The position numbers and the translations under genes were made by a program. The notes beneath the pieces were generated by a model, which was given only the letters and a program-made list of their open reading frames with translations, ran no database searches and was not told the origin of the DNA. A stretch of DNA of 64,000 bases, from assembly GCA_009914755.4 (NCBI GenBank), contig CP068257.2, positions 9,632,001 through 9,696,000 of the forward strand, read 5' to 3'. This document shows, piece after piece, positions 45,849 through 59,960 of the stretch (its first letter is position 1; every line of letters starts with the position of its first letter). The stretch is from the human T2T-CHM13v2.0 reference genome, Homo sapiens.

Positions 45849-48118
45849 GGGTTATAAATTTGTTATTCCTCTTGTGGTTGTTTGGGATGTGTATTTGTGT
45901 GTGTGCACATATACATATTATTGAATTTACCACGTTACTCCAAAGGCTTTTCTTTAACTATTTTGCTTGATGTATATTCAACAATGATAGTCTCAAACAA
46001 ACAAACAGAAAACAGAAACACATCTGATTTTTCACCAATACTGTTTATAGAATGAATCTGTATAGAGTCTGAGGCTATTCTGATGATAAATTGATTATAG
46101 GACTAGAAAAAACTATTTTGCCATTTTACAAACTCTCATTATGCACCTTATATAATAGTGCCAAGTTAATAAATTTGCTTCTATGTTTATAGTCTGCAAC
46201 AGAAAAAACTTATGAGGTACTATTTTCCAGATGAAAGTGAAAGTGATGACAGATTTTATTTCTACACTTAAATTATTAAGATATACCTTTATTATGTGAG
46301 CATAATCGATTTTATTGCAGGGAAGGCCCTTAATTCAGTAAAAAAGACAAGATTGCTTCTTGAATATTAAAACATTTTCATCTTTTCAGTTTTGCTTTTC
46401 TTGATTATCTATTTTTCTTTTTACTGAGTAATGTATATCATTTTTTAATTAAATATAATTTAAATAATATTTTACAATAATCTAAAATGCTTCTGAATAC
46501 TTCGTCAATAACTTTTGGATGTTCAATAACATTAAGAACGATTACATTTTTCAAATATTATTTTTGCATTATTTATATGTTTGCATTTTTACAAGTGTTC
46601 TAATCGCATATTGCAAGGCCAAATCAGAATTTTTAAAGACTTCATTTTATTAACATTTAATTATAGCAATAATTAAGAAATAAAATAAAATGACATAAAA
46701 TTTTAAATCATATGAATAAATTAAACCTATATATTTAAATTACTTTACAATTTTAGCATTTTTCATAAATATACAGAAATTTCATTTCGTATCTGTTGTT
46801 ATAATTATTACAATATTAAAATTATGTAATGGAAAAATACATTAAGCATCAATTAAGACAGCATACATCTGTTGGCAAAAGAAAGAGAAGGTATATTTGA
46901 TTTCCTTGATTTTTTCCTCTCAAAATTGAGAAATAGTTTAATTTTATAAATCTATATCCATTTAAATTACTTAAGTCACCATTTTAGCCTAATTTTTTCA
47001 TTTTCTAGATAGATTACTCTTCTTTTTTCTTAAAAAAAAGGTATCATTTATTCTGGTTACGAGTAAAAGACAATTTTAGATGTGCAAATATTTAGATATG
47101 TAATCACAATTAGTATTTTTACTTCATGAAATCTTTAGGCGCAAACTTTGCTGTTCTAAACTAAAATTTGGATTCCAATTCAAAAGCTAAAGACTATCAT
47201 AGTGTGATTATCCCAAATGAACTCTTTTACCTAACACTTACTGAAATTTCAAGATAAGTAGTATTGAGATTCTACAAGTCAGTAAGAGGTCTTCTCTCTG
47301 TGAACTTTTAGGTTTTAAGGGCACAAGGAATTTAATGGCTACTGGGCTAAAGAATGTAATAACCACTACTGTGCATATGATTTTAGTCATATAGGCAAAA
47401 AGCCTAGGAGTTACATTGTTTGGTCAGATGGCATAAGTACAATTAATTGCAATATAAATTGTCAGATTGTTTCATAAAGCTCTACAATAAATTATTCTTC
47501 ACCAGAAATATATGAGAGAACACTAGAAACAATAAGTCCTATAGTTATCTTTAAATGCTACCAATTTGATGGTTTTTCTGGTGACATTCCTGTGTTATTT
47601 TAATTTGTATTTTCTTTACCACCCATGAATCTTAACAGATTTTTTCTATGAAAGTTCAGCACTTTGATTCATTCTTCTGTGGACTGACTGCCTGTGCCTA
47701 TCCACTTCCCTGGCTCTCTTGCTTGGTGTGTGCATGTGGCTTAGTTTTAGCAAATAGAATATTTGCTGTCCCTGAGCCTTAGTCTTAAATCCTTATACAA
47801 GCACTTTTTCTTGTTATCTTACCTGTTTGTCTGACTTGGGTGATGATTCTTAGAGTAATTTTGGTTGCCAAATGTTAAAGTTAGTAGAACTACTATAAGC
47901 CTCTGAGTGGCTAAATGGTAGTTATTTCTGTGGCCTGAATACTCTTATGAGATATTCAGAGAGATTGAGAGGGAAGAATTATTTTTGAAGACATGGAATT
48001 TTTATTTTCTATTCCTTAGAACAGTTTAGTTTACCCTAAATAGTAACTACCTATTATTTTCCTCTGCTAATTTTTCTTGAGGCTCCTAACTTTATCAGGT
48101 GAATTTTAAGATATCTGT

Positions 48119-48452
<334 letters not shown>

Positions 48453-50730
48453 TTACCTTTTTGTCATCTATTTAACAAAATATTTGCTCAAATATATACT
48501 TCCATCTGACAACTATTTAACATTACTTTTCTAATATTTTTACCTTATTGCTGCTGACTTGATACATTTTTATTCATTCCACTACATCCTTGTTATTTTG
48601 GAAGATCTATCCTTTATTTCTTTATTAAGGGGTATCTTCAATTTTTTGACCTCACAATTAGATGCATAATTTTCAAGTACTATTTGAAATAAAGATACCT
48701 TCTATTGTCTTAGCAAATTAGTCAATTTCTCTACTTACCCCTCCTCAATAAGTTGACAAATTCAAAAAACATAAATTTCCCCATTTCTTTTTCACCACTC
48801 CCCTCCAAGAAACCTTGGAACCAGTTTGTTCCAAGGTTTGTTCCCACCAAAGTCTAGATTATACAAAAATATTTTAGAATGTTAATGATATATTGTTAGT
48901 AAAATTCTTCTATTGAATAGTTTATGATAATTTGTCAACATGAAATGTTAGGCAGACATTGAATACCAACTAGAGCTATTCATATTCTCTTAATGGGATT
49001 TCCATTGAGTTATTGATGAAAGATAAAGTGATATAAAGAAAATGTGTATACACCAAGTGCAAAATATTTTATACCCTTTATGTGGCCATGAATATTAAAT
49101 CATAGTTATGGGAGGAAATTGCCAAATACATATATTAGGCTGTTAAAAACTGTTTTTCTGAGCTCTGGAAACTGATGGATAGGCATAGCAGAAGAGAGCA
49201 GAAGCAAGCCAAGAAATCAAGGAAAAGATACTGCTATATAACAAGAAATAAAATAAAAGTACGTAATGTAATTCCCTTAGAAAATGAAGTTGGGTGACTG
49301 AGAAGATGTGGAGAACCTTTATACCAATTTCCTTTTTCTAATCAGATTTGATTATAAAACATCGACATAAAATCAATATATGTGTATTATATTCATTTCA
49401 ATTTTAATTTCAAGACCTAATTTTGCTGTCTTAAAGATCATGGATAACTCCATCTTATCTCAGTGTTCAATCTATAATTCATTAAAACAGTTTTCAAAAG
49501 AATTTTCAAAATACTTTATTATGATTACAACCATACTTAATCTTAAATTAGGACATACTATGTGATAAATACTATGGTGAAGTACTTCTCAATAATCCAT
49601 ATTCTTAAACACAACAAGTTCTAGGATCAATCTGCTTAAATTTATATATTTGCTCAATCATTTGCCACATAAATATTTTACAGATAAAGAAACTAAAACA
49701 CTTTTTTTTTCTCCGAAACTGTTTCAGGGCTAAGTAACTTACTCATGAGCTTGGTAAAAATAAAAATTATTAGATACCTTGTGGATCCGTTGCATATATT
49801 TCAAATTTAAGTTTTTGAAGCACTTTTTGAAAAGACTTCTTTATGTGACATTTGTTCATTAAAAACACAGTGATTCTTTTTTTGAAATACGATCCAATTG
49901 TAAAATATCCTGTGTCTAGAAATGAATTTATTTTCCTAACAAAAGTGTATTAAATTAATTAATTAAATTCTCAGAACCATTATTTAAACCAAGTTTGTTG
50001 ATCCTACAACCAGTGAAAATAATCCCTACAATGCTAAAAATGTGTGTGCTATTATCCATCTATTTCCTAGTTCATTAAAGCCAAGTTATCATAATCTGGA
50101 CTTTTTACCAAAGATTTTCAGGGATGTCAAAGGTTTTTACTCCTAAATTTAATATGCTGAAATATTACTTTATGTTCTATTTATTTTTTTCATTTAAAAT
50201 AACATTTTTCTCTATGTTGCGATTGCAAAAATTAACTTATTTACATATATACATGATGTCATGATATAATCTAGGCACAATTTTGGATATTTCCTTTTCC
50301 CAATCTGTTTAACTTACACAGGTAATCAATATATGTAATCACCAAGCAAAAGACCTTCATTGGTTTCTATTTTGTTATTTTTTCCTCTGGAAAAGTGTTT
50401 AAGATAGTTTTAACATGAAGAATAGCGACCATATTTTTTGCATACTGTTATTTCTTCAAAGACGCTTAATCTATATAAACAAATTTTAAAAACCCTGGTA
50501 TCAGTTGGGTAAAATCTCTGAGATTTAAAATATTTACTAAGCTACTAAATGTTAAGCAACACGGGATTTTGAGAAATTGGCCAATGGCAAGGATTGTAAG
50601 GGAACAAAAACTTGGAAACAATGCTGTTTGTCGACATCTTGAATAATTTGCTGTGCCTCTATTTTATGTCACAGTATTTCCACTTCCAGGCCTATACAAA
50701 TAAATAAAATCAGTATTATACACAGAATAG

Positions 50731-50733
<3 letters not shown>

Positions 50734-50769
<36 letters not shown>
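50734..50769. repeat. (CA)18 dinucleotide microsatellite
   Basis: Uninterrupted acacac... run of ~36 bp. Confidence 0.95.
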
Positions 50770-50770
<1 letters not shown>

Positions 50771-51949
50771 GCGTTCAGATATAAAGATTTCAACTGTAGC
50801 ATCATTTGTAATAAACAATATTGGAAACAATGTTGGTATATATTGCTAAGAAAATGTGTTGAGATCAATTTAGTATAATTATATAATGAGATATATGATT
50901 ATTTCATTTCTTTATGGAATGAGTGTAATGGGAAAATCCAGTGGAAAGCTTACGTTAAAGCTAAGAAAGTTAAATCTTTAAGACCTTTCATATGTATGGG
51001 TCTTTCTCGGGGTCATATGAGTTTTGCAAAATTTGCTGTGTAAGATGCTTAATTAAAAATAAGAAAAGCCACACCTGTTTTGACTCCCATTTGCCTTTAG
51101 TCATTTATCTCCCTGTCAGGTAGTGCGGGTCCAGCCTACAACACTTTTAGTATTCAGCTAAGGGGAAGTTGAATAGAGACATATTTAATTTCAGTTCATT
51201 GAGGTTAATGTGTTTGATTTAAAGCCACTTCCATGTAAAATGAAGTTGTTTCTGGCAGTTCAGAGACTTTCTATTGCTCACTCCATAGATTCATCCAGTG
51301 TCGTAGCACAGAGGTGCAGAGGCAGAGAATGTTGTGAGACACATGTCATGCAGTACTTGGTACCAGAGGCTGCAGAGAAGGAAAGAAACAGCTGCCCTTA
51401 ACCTAGCTCTCCTTTCCACTAATTCTTACCGTGGTGGTGATGTGGTGAGAACCAGATGTCCTACATGTAAGGGGATCTGCTGTAGGCAAAGAACTCTGGA
51501 AAAAAGAACCTGAGCGTTTTTGTGGAAGAGTGACCCAGTTGCTCTTGACCCCCTTCTGAGTGTGTCTCCATAGTCACAAAACGGAAAAAAAACTGAGTTC
51601 TTACTTTAACCATTTGGATAAAAATAAATCTCTCTAGGGGAAAGATAACACTAGAGTCTCCAGCTTTGTAACTTCTGGGATGCATCTACTGGGTCTCATC
51701 TTCTCTTGAAATGTAAATATATATCCCTAGTGAGGTAAATCCCTCAGGATGGCCCCTAACCATGTTCTTTCTGTGAATTAATTTCCAGAGCTAGTTCTTA
51801 GCGTAGAGCAGAAGTCTGAGTAAAATTTGTTGAGAAAGTTCTTACTATGCATAAATAACTTTATTTACAGCCTAACACTATCCATTAAAATCAACAAGAG
51901 AAAGACAAACTAATCCAAAATGACCCTGCAATCGGGGCTCTAAAACAAT

Positions 51950-52490
51950 GCAGGTTGACTGTAATTGTTAAAATGAATTTGGAAAGTATTTGACCTTATC
52001 TGTTAAAATTAAGTATATGCATACCCTGTGACCAATAATTCTGCTACTATCATCCAACAGGAACACATAAACATATTCAGGAAATGTACAAAATTGTTTA
52101 TTAAAGAATTATTCACAACAGCTTAAATTGGAAGTTTTGCAGTTATCCATCAAGAGTGAAATAAACACATCATAGCATATATATAAATACATGGAGTATT
52201 ATCAAGCAAGAAGGATAAATGGTATACCCAAGAGAGCTTTGATGACTCTCCCAAATACATTTCTGAGTAAGAGAAGCCATCCAGAAAAGAATATATATTG
52301 TTTAATTCTATTATAAAAGTTCAAAAATAGGTTAAAAAAGTCTATGTTATTAGCAATCAGAATAATAATTACTTGCAGATGGAGCAGATGGTAATTTAAG
52401 GGAATTTTATTGTGAAATATGTACAATCACTTTGTTAAAATTAATTAACTATATACTATTTGTGTATTACAATAAAAATGTTTAATAAAC
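51950..52490 (+). mobile_element. ancient L1 (L1M-like) ORF2-end/3'UTR fragment
   Basis: '...gtatatgcataccctgtgaccaataattctgctactatcatcc...' corresponds to L1 'ccatatgacccagcaattccactcctaggtatatacc'. Ends 'caataaaaatgtttaataaa'. Heavily diverged. Confidence 0.6.
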
Positions 52491-53648
52491 TATCTCATTG
52501 TTGTTATTTACATTTCTTAAATAGCATTTAGGCATGGGTGAAAAGGTTTAACTTGACTGGCATGAATTGCTCAAATACTGTACATTCCAAAGAGGGGTCC
52601 CTCTGCAGGACTAGACCTTAGTCTAGGAGTTCATCTCTGAGCCCTTGGAGTATTTTGCTTGATAAAAGTGTTCTTGTTTTCCTGAAGTCTTGGGCCATAC
52701 TCTCCCAGTTCGACCAGAAAAGGTTATGTTATCAACGTGACTTATGTGAACATCTGTTTTTACTCTGGGTGTAGGAAGAAAGTTGTGCTTAAATGTCATG
52801 GAGCTGAGGTCAATCATATGGGCATTACATGACTATGTGACTGATCCCAGTAAACACCTTCGACAACTAGGCTCCAGCGAGTGTTCCTGGTTGGCAATGC
52901 TTTGCACTTTACATATTGTTGCTGGGATAATTAAACATGTCCCCATGCAACTGCTCTGGGAGGGGACACCTGAGAGCTTGGACTTGGTTTCTCCTGGAGT
53001 TCACTTCATTTGTCTTTTCTCTTAGCTGACTTCTATCTGTACTGTTTTTACTGTAATATACTGTAACAATGAGTACTACAGCTTCTGATTCCCTTAGAGA
53101 TTTCCAGTAAATTACCAGGTCTCAAGTGGTCTTGGGAACCCCTGGCATATTACTGAACTTAAAGTTTTCAGAATATCTGTATTTGATATATTCCATGGCA
53201 AGCACTATATCCATCATACTTTTTCATTTATTGACATAACTCCAAATATTTCCACATATCTAAAATTCAGGAAAGTAACCCTATCCTTACCTCTGAGGAT
53301 AAAGCTTGTTAAGTATAGGTAAACCATGATAATTTAAATTCACCTGTTTGTGACTGACTTTTTTTAATGACTGTTTTTAGTCAAGAAAATGTGAGGGTAG
53401 GTCTGCCAAGAGCTACTGAAAAGAGTTACATTTTCTAAAAAAAAAAAAATCCTCGTCTTTTCTTTTTGAGAATAATTTGTGGTGTTTCTGAAATCATTGT
53501 CTGCCCATAAAGAGAGATTACTTAAACAAAAAGTCTGTATAAAATATGACTACAAATAAAGATGAGAAAAAAATCATATTCTTGATTAATTTATTGATCT
53601 ATTAAATTAATAGTCTTGGAAGTAGATCCCTCTTTGGACTTCCAGTTA

Positions 53649-53946
53649 GAGACAGGGCCTTACTCTATGGCCCAGGCTGGAGTGTAGTAGTGCCACCATA
53701 GCTCATTGTGTAGCTCACCGCAACCTCAAACTCCTGGACTCAAGCAAACCTCCTGCCTCAGCCTCCCAAGTGGCTGGAATACAGACAGGTGCCACCATGA
53801 CCACACCTGGCTATTTTTTTTTCAATTGTAGAGCTAAGGTCTCCCTATGTTGCCCAGGCTGGTTTTGAACTCCTGGCCTCCAGTGAGCCTCCCACCTCAG
53901 CCTCCCAAAATGCTGGGATTCCAGGCATAAGCCACGAGACCTGGCC
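53649..53946 (-). mobile_element. AluJ (antisense, old)
   Basis: 'gagacagggccttactctatggcccaggctggagtgtagtagtgccaccatagctcattgtgtagctcaccgcaacctcaaactcctggactcaagcaaacctcctgcctcagcctcccaagtggctgg...gcctcccaaaatgctgggattccaggcataagccacgagacctggcc'. ~15% diverged, no intact tail. Confidence 0.9.
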
Positions 53947-54354
53947 TATTTATAGTTTAAATTTTCTCATCGTCTAAATAAAAGATCTAAAACTAATTGT
54001 CTAAGTTGGCGGAGCAGTCAGAACACACACATTTATTGATTAAATTCATTGTCTTATATGGATGTGGTTCATGGTGCCCAAAACAATTACAATAGTAACA
54101 TCAAAGGTCACTGGTTACAGATTACCATATCAAATATAATTATAATTAAAAAGTTTGAAATATTGTGAGATTTACCTAGATATGGCACAGAGATACAAAT
54201 GAACACATGCTATTAAAAAGTGGTGCCAATAAAGTTGCTTGATGCAGGGTGGTCATAAACCTTCAATTTGTGAAAAACACATTATCTGTGAAGCCAAGTG
54301 AAGCAAAGCACAATCAATTGAAGTATGTCTATATTCCACTGCCTTTGTAGAGTG

Positions 54355-54515
54355 TATATAGTTGTATTACATAACATATATAATATATATAATATATATA
54401 TTTGGGTATATGTAATATATATTATATATATTTGTATATATATTATACATACATATTATATACATATATAGTATGCATATATATTATACATATATATTAC
54501 ATATATATATATATT
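54355..54515. repeat. TA-rich compound simple repeat
   Basis: 'acatatataatatatataatatatatatttgggtatatgtaatatatattatatatatttgtatatatattatacatacatattatatacatatatag...'. Confidence 0.85.
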
Positions 54516-54852
54516 TGATATGGACTGTGTCTTGTTTCCCCAAAATTAATATATTGAAGCCTTAACTCTCAATGTGTTAGCATTTGGAGGTGGGACCTTT
54601 GGAAGTAATTAGGTTTAGATGAGCCCATAAGGATGGGGTCTTCATGATGGGATTAGTGCTCTTACAGGAAGAGACCAGAGAGCTAACACTTTCTATTCGC
54701 TATGTACGTACATAGGAAAAAGGCAGCCCTTTGAAAGCCCAGAAGATGACCCTCCTCAGACTTGCCAGGTTCAAGAACTATAAGAAATAAATGTCTATTG
54801 TTCAGACCAGCGCCTATCTTATTTTTATATAGCAGCCTGAGCTTACTAAAAC
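54516..54852 (+). mobile_element. MaLR solo LTR (MST-like)
   Basis: 'tgatatggactgtgtcttgtttccccaaaattaatatattgaagccttaactctcaatgtgttagcatttggaggtgggacctttggaagtaattaggtttagatgagcccataaggatggggtcttcatgatgggattagtgctcttacaggaagagaccagagagc...gaactataagaaataaatgtctattgttcagaccagcgcctatcttatttttatatagcagcctgagcttactaaaacaa'. Canonical 'tgatatgg' LTR start. Confidence 0.75.
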
Positions 54853-56077
54853 AATTATTAAGAAAAAACAGCAAAGCAAACAAACAAAAGCAACTATGTT
54901 TAAAACTCCTGGAAAAATAATTTATCTTCTGTGCAGCTGTTTTTTAAGATCTTCCTTTAATGTATTTCCCCTCATTTTTCTTGCGTCTTATTTGGAGTCT
55001 GTAGTAGCATAGTTCTTAATTTGCTTATCAAGTAATTTACATCATATTAAACATGAATTTCAACCAGCAAAGAATATTATTAAAACTTCTGGACTAATGT
55101 TATTCACTTGTATTCTTTCCTACTACCCGGAAATGCTTTTGCTGGCAATGATTTCTCCTTTGATGTTGTGAAGTTTCGGGCCATTGTTAGAGAAACAGGT
55201 CCACTTGCCGATTAGCAGGCAGTAGGCTTTGTGACCTAAGTTCAGTAACAGAAAATCATTACTTTCTCTGGCAATTTGATACAACATGCTTCATATATTC
55301 CAAAATTCATCAATTTTCTGCTCTGTTGATGTCCTCCTTTATTATGTTAAAGAATTGCCACAGTATAGTTTATTCATAATGCTATTTTCAGTTGAATTAC
55401 TAGAGCTCCACTTTAGCATTTTAAAATCATATTATCGCATGTTTATTTCCAAATTAACAGGGCAATAAAAATCCTCTCTTAAAAATCAGGGATATCAGTA
55501 TTCATCTCTTTTCATGTAAAAATATTAAAAAATTAGAAGTGAAATATCACAGAAGATATTTTAAATATGAAGACAAATAATGAAATAAGGAGAATTTTAA
55601 AAGCCAAATATTTTGGATCAGAGTAAGAAGTTAGTGGTAAAAGATAAAGGTTATCCAACAACCTTTTGCAAATGAAGCCAAAAAAGTAGGTTTGCGCAAC
55701 ACTGAATAACTAAAATTACAACTCTTTTATATTTCATTAAAAAACATGCCCTTTTTCAAAAAGTCAGATCGGTTTAATCACACCATAAAATTATTTACCC
55801 AAAGTTAAGGAAAAATAGCATGCTTTCATATAAGTAGAAAATTTAAATACACAATTGATATTTAACGTTCTCTAAGCAATGTAAAGATTGCTTTTAAGCC
55901 ATCTAACAGAGTTGTATTTATTATTAGGGATCAAAAAGTGTGTAAATTAGCACAATATATTTTATATAAAATGAATCTGTTTTCTCTTATAAGAGTATAC
56001 AATTATAATTCTGAATTTTGAATTTATTCTTAAACAAATAAAAACAACTGCTATATCTGAATTCTTGTTTTATGTCA

Positions 56078-56190
56078 CTCTATCTATCTATATTTTTTTA
56101 CTATCTATATTTTTTTTACTATCTATATTTTTTTACTATCTATATTTTAGGCATTTTTACTATCTATATTTTAGGCATTTTATAGGCTAA
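56078..56190. repeat. minisatellite (~19-23-bp unit 'tactatctatattttttt', ~5 copies)
   Basis: 'ctctatctatctatatttttttactatctatattttttttactatctatatttttttactatctatattttaggcatttttactatctatattttaggcatttt'. Confidence 0.85.
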
Positions 56191-56241
56191 GTATGCGCAG
56201 TTGGTGCTTACTCAATATAGCCTAGCAATGCTCCCTGTTTC

Positions 56242-56948
56242 TTTTTTTTAACCTTTAATTTCAGGGGTACATGTGCAGGTTTGTTATATAAATACATTTG
56301 CATCATGGGGGTTTGTTTTACAGATTAATTCATTACCCAGGCATTAAGCCTATGACTCATTAGTTATTTTTCCAGATCGTCTCCCTCCCCCGACCTTCTG
56401 CCCTCTTGTAGGGCCCAGTGTCTGTTGTTCCCTTCTTTGTGTGCATGTGTTCTCATCATTTAGCTTGCACTTACAAGTGAGAGAATGTGGCATTTGTTTT
56501 TTCGTTCCTACATTGATTTGCTAAGGATAATGGCCTTCAATTCCATCCATATTCCTTCAAAACACATGATCTCGTTCCTTTTTATGGCTACATCTTATTC
56601 CCTGGTGTATATGTTCAACATTTTATTTATCCAGTCTTTACTATTGATGGCCATTTAGGTCTATTCCATGTCTTTGTTAATGTGAATAGTGCTGCAGTGA
56701 ACATATGTGTGCGTGTGTCTTTATAATAGAACAATTTATATTCCTTTGGATATATACCCAGTAATGGGATTGCTGGGTCTAATGGTAGTTCTGTTTTTAG
56801 GTCTTTGAGGAATCACCACACTGTTTTCCACAATGGCTGAATTAATTTACATTCTCTTTAACAGTGTATAGTGTTCCTTTTTCTCTGCAACCTTACCAGC
56901 ACCTGCTATTTTTTGACTTTTTAATAATAGCCATTCTGACTGGTGTGC
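56242..56948 (-). mobile_element. L1 3'-end fragment (antisense; L1PB/L1PA-older-like)
   Basis: T8 then 'aacctttaatttcaggggtacatgtgcaggtttgttatataaatacatttgcatcatggg...cccagtgtctgttgttccc...acttacaagtgagagaatgtggcatttg...tccttcaaaacacatgatctcgttcctttttatggctacatcttattccctggtgtatatg...gtgaatagtgctgcagtgaacatatgtgtgcgtgtgtctttataatagaacaatttatattcctttggatatatacccagtaatgggattgctgggtctaatggtagttctgtttttaggtctttgaggaatcaccacactgttttccacaatggctgaattaatttacattctctttaacagtgtatagtg...ttttgactttttaataatagccattctgactggtgtg'. Classic antisense of the L1 3' kilobase. Confidence 0.9.
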
Positions 56949-57880
56949 TTACTGGTTCTTAATCTCACCCACATCTTAGAATAATGTGGAACATTCAAAC
57001 TACCCACACCTGTTTCTAAAAACTGAAGTTCTGTTTTAATTGGACTTTAGTAGAGCCAAGAAATGAGTATTACTTAAAATCTTGCCATGTGATTCTACTA
57101 GGAAGCCAGAGTTCAGAGCCATGGATTACATTTTTAATATAAATACACATTATTAGTTGAAGCAGTTTTAAGTTAGGATAGCTGTAACGTTGATTGAAAG
57201 GGGAATACTTAAAACAGAACCCTGCCTTGGGTCGTCAAGACTTAAAAAATTCTTCTGTTTTTATTCTATTAAATATAATCATGCATTCATTTACTTTAGC
57301 ATTTGTAATTCTAAAACACATTGCAAATTTCACAAAACTATCATTTTCTAAATGTCAACACTCTAAATACACCATTTATTTTTTAAAGTAGTATATTCAC
57401 TTCAAATTCCATTGCTGTGTCAAGAGTTAGTTGAACTTAAAATATAATTAATAGTTACTCAGCAAAAATAGAAAGATGTTAGCTGACTGTGTCAAAAGAA
57501 ATATTTTAACACTGATTTCATTTTTACTAAATGACTGAATTTTTCTTTATGTTTTATGCTTAAGCTTCTCTGCTTTCTTTCTATTTTTTGTGGTTTAAAT
57601 AAAGAACCATGATTATTTGTATAACTGATTGCTCAAAGTAATTAATCATTTTTCTTATGAAATTACCAGGGTAAATTAAGAATCTTATAATTACAGAGTT
57701 TTCTCTTGCCTAGAGGAAACATACTGAGAAACTGTGTTAGGAAATTATTATTTCAAAACCCAGTCTAAGTTCTTAGCCACTGGACATTTAAAAAATACAT
57801 ATTACATATACTTTTTCTAACATGATTGAGAATATAGTTTGTTTCAGATTTCCACATTTCTTAAATGAAAACAATAAAGA

Positions 57881-58190
57881 ATTCAAAAGGCAAAAGGTAC
57901 TGTAAAAAAAGTTATTTGATCACATGTAAATGAAAATTCTACCTTCTTATTGAATTTTACTAATTAGAGGGGTAATTATTCTCACATCAGATTATTTGCA
58001 CAAGATACTATTTCTGATGTATTTTATTAAAGAACTCAAAAGGCAAAGGTATTGTAAAAAAAGTTATTTGATCACATGTAAATGAAAATTCTACCTTCTT
58101 ATTGAATTTTACTAATTAGAGGGGTAATTATTCTGGCATCAGATTATTTGCACAAGATACTATTTCTGATCTATTTTATTAAAAGTCACC
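57881..58190. repeat. recent tandem duplication, 2 x ~154 bp, ~97% identical
   Basis: 57881-58034 'attcaaaaggcaaaaggtactgtaaaaaaagttatttgatcacatgtaaatgaaaattctaccttcttattgaattttactaattagaggggtaattattctcacatcagattatttgcacaagatactatttctgatgtattttattaaagaa' is repeated at 58035-58190 with ~5 differences. Confidence 0.95.
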
Positions 58191-59559
58191 ATTTATTATT
58201 GGTTTTCATCTCATGTTATATATGCAAATGAAACTCCTTTGAGTATGCAATGGTTATTTACTGCAGTGAATATTGTACAATCATATTTATCAAAATGTTC
58301 TTCTTCAAAATATTTTTCTAATGCTTATTAGCAAGCAGTTTTTATATTTGAGAAAGTGAAACATGGACTTTAGAATCAGATTTAGGCCATATGGTAAGCC
58401 AGCTGCCTGAAAAATCTTCATAACAAATGCTAATATTGATGAATTTTGGAGATGTCATTATATATGTATACCTAAAACTACAGGAAAACAAAGAAAATTA
58501 CCAATGCCAGAAACACAGGCAACACTTAAAACCAGCAAGACCAGTTGCTCTGACTTTTCTGGATGGAAAGAGAGATGGACCCAGCAATTTATAAATTTGG
58601 ATTTTCTTAAGGCTCATCAGCGAAGGGGTGATGCATAGCTGGACCTAGATTGAAAGAGTAAAGAAAAATACTTATTAACCAACCCAGTACAATTAAGAAG
58701 TTTGTCTGTAAATACTAGAACAATTGGTAGAAAAAACAAATACATATTCTCCCCTGAGAATCTGTAACATCAGGATTATCCATCATGTGTTGTTTGACTT
58801 CAAACTTATAAATTATACAGCCTTGAGCCATGAAGCATCAAATTAACAAATTAACATATAGATTATTTTCTGGCCATTGATACACTGGAAGTTTGGTGGA
58901 AGAGATGCAAAATCATTCCAGAGCAAAAGCTGAAAATTTTTTTCTGCAAAGGGCAAGATAATAAACATCTTACACATTATTGACCATTTTAAAGAGCAGC
59001 TTATAGTCACCAAAAGGAATATCAACAAACTAGCAAGTGAAGATAAAGAATTATCCAGAATGCAGAATATGAACCAAAAGATAGAACATAAGATAAGCTG
59101 AAAGACATGGAGGATTGAATAAAACTATCCAAGGAATATCTAAAAGAAATTCTGAAAAGAGAATAGTAGGAATAAAAATAATGAGATTATAATAGTTTGC
59201 TTCTACTTCTGGGATGAATGTAGTAGTTGTATAAGACACATACTCTTATTAAAATGACAAGAAAAAGCTGGATAAATTATAAAAGCCACATATCTTTTAA
59301 AGCATGAGGGAACTGTAGAAGCAATGATGAATAGATGAACTAAGAGTACAGACATACCTGAGTGTTCGAAATGGGCCAAAGAGCATGATGCATTCATAGC
59401 ATCTACTAGTCAATTCTGGCACAAATTAGGAAGTAGAAGGCATGTTCAATGGAGGCAAAACAGTAATATATATATAAACATGTGGGTAAGTCTAAAGAAG
59501 CATTTGCTATATTGAATCAAACAAATACAATAAAGTAAAACAAATACTAGAGAACATTG

Positions 59560-59960
59560 TTAAACTGAGTTAAGTTTGGCTCAAAGTGCCCATTGTACTT
59601 GCCTAATTAAGTTTGGCCCAAAGTGGCATCCATACATAGTGACTGTACTCTAACTTAATGTGTAAATAAGTTGTAAGCTAATGTAGATGTATGGACTTGT
59701 AACCAAGCAACTGAGACTCAACCAATCATAGGAGCCAAACCCTTAGTCAATCCCAAACTGAATGCTGCCAAATTATGCCCAAATAAGGCAAATATTGAAC
59801 TGCACCAATCAGGGAAACTCTGAATATAATTTTCTATGTTCTGGTTATAAATACATCTCACCACTCTGGATGTGGAGTCACTCTGAACAATCTTCGTTCT
59901 GGGATGGTGCCTAGTTCTCAAACCTTTTTCTTGGTCAAATAAACTTAGTGAAATTTAACA
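59560..59960 (+). mobile_element. putative solo LTR (unclassified)
   Basis: Two 'ccaatca' CCAAT boxes (59721, 59805), 'ggttataaatacatctc' TATA (~59846), then 'ggtcaaataaacttagtg' polyA signal ~92 bp later. Internal direct repeat 'ttaagtttggc.caaagtg'. Confidence 0.25.
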
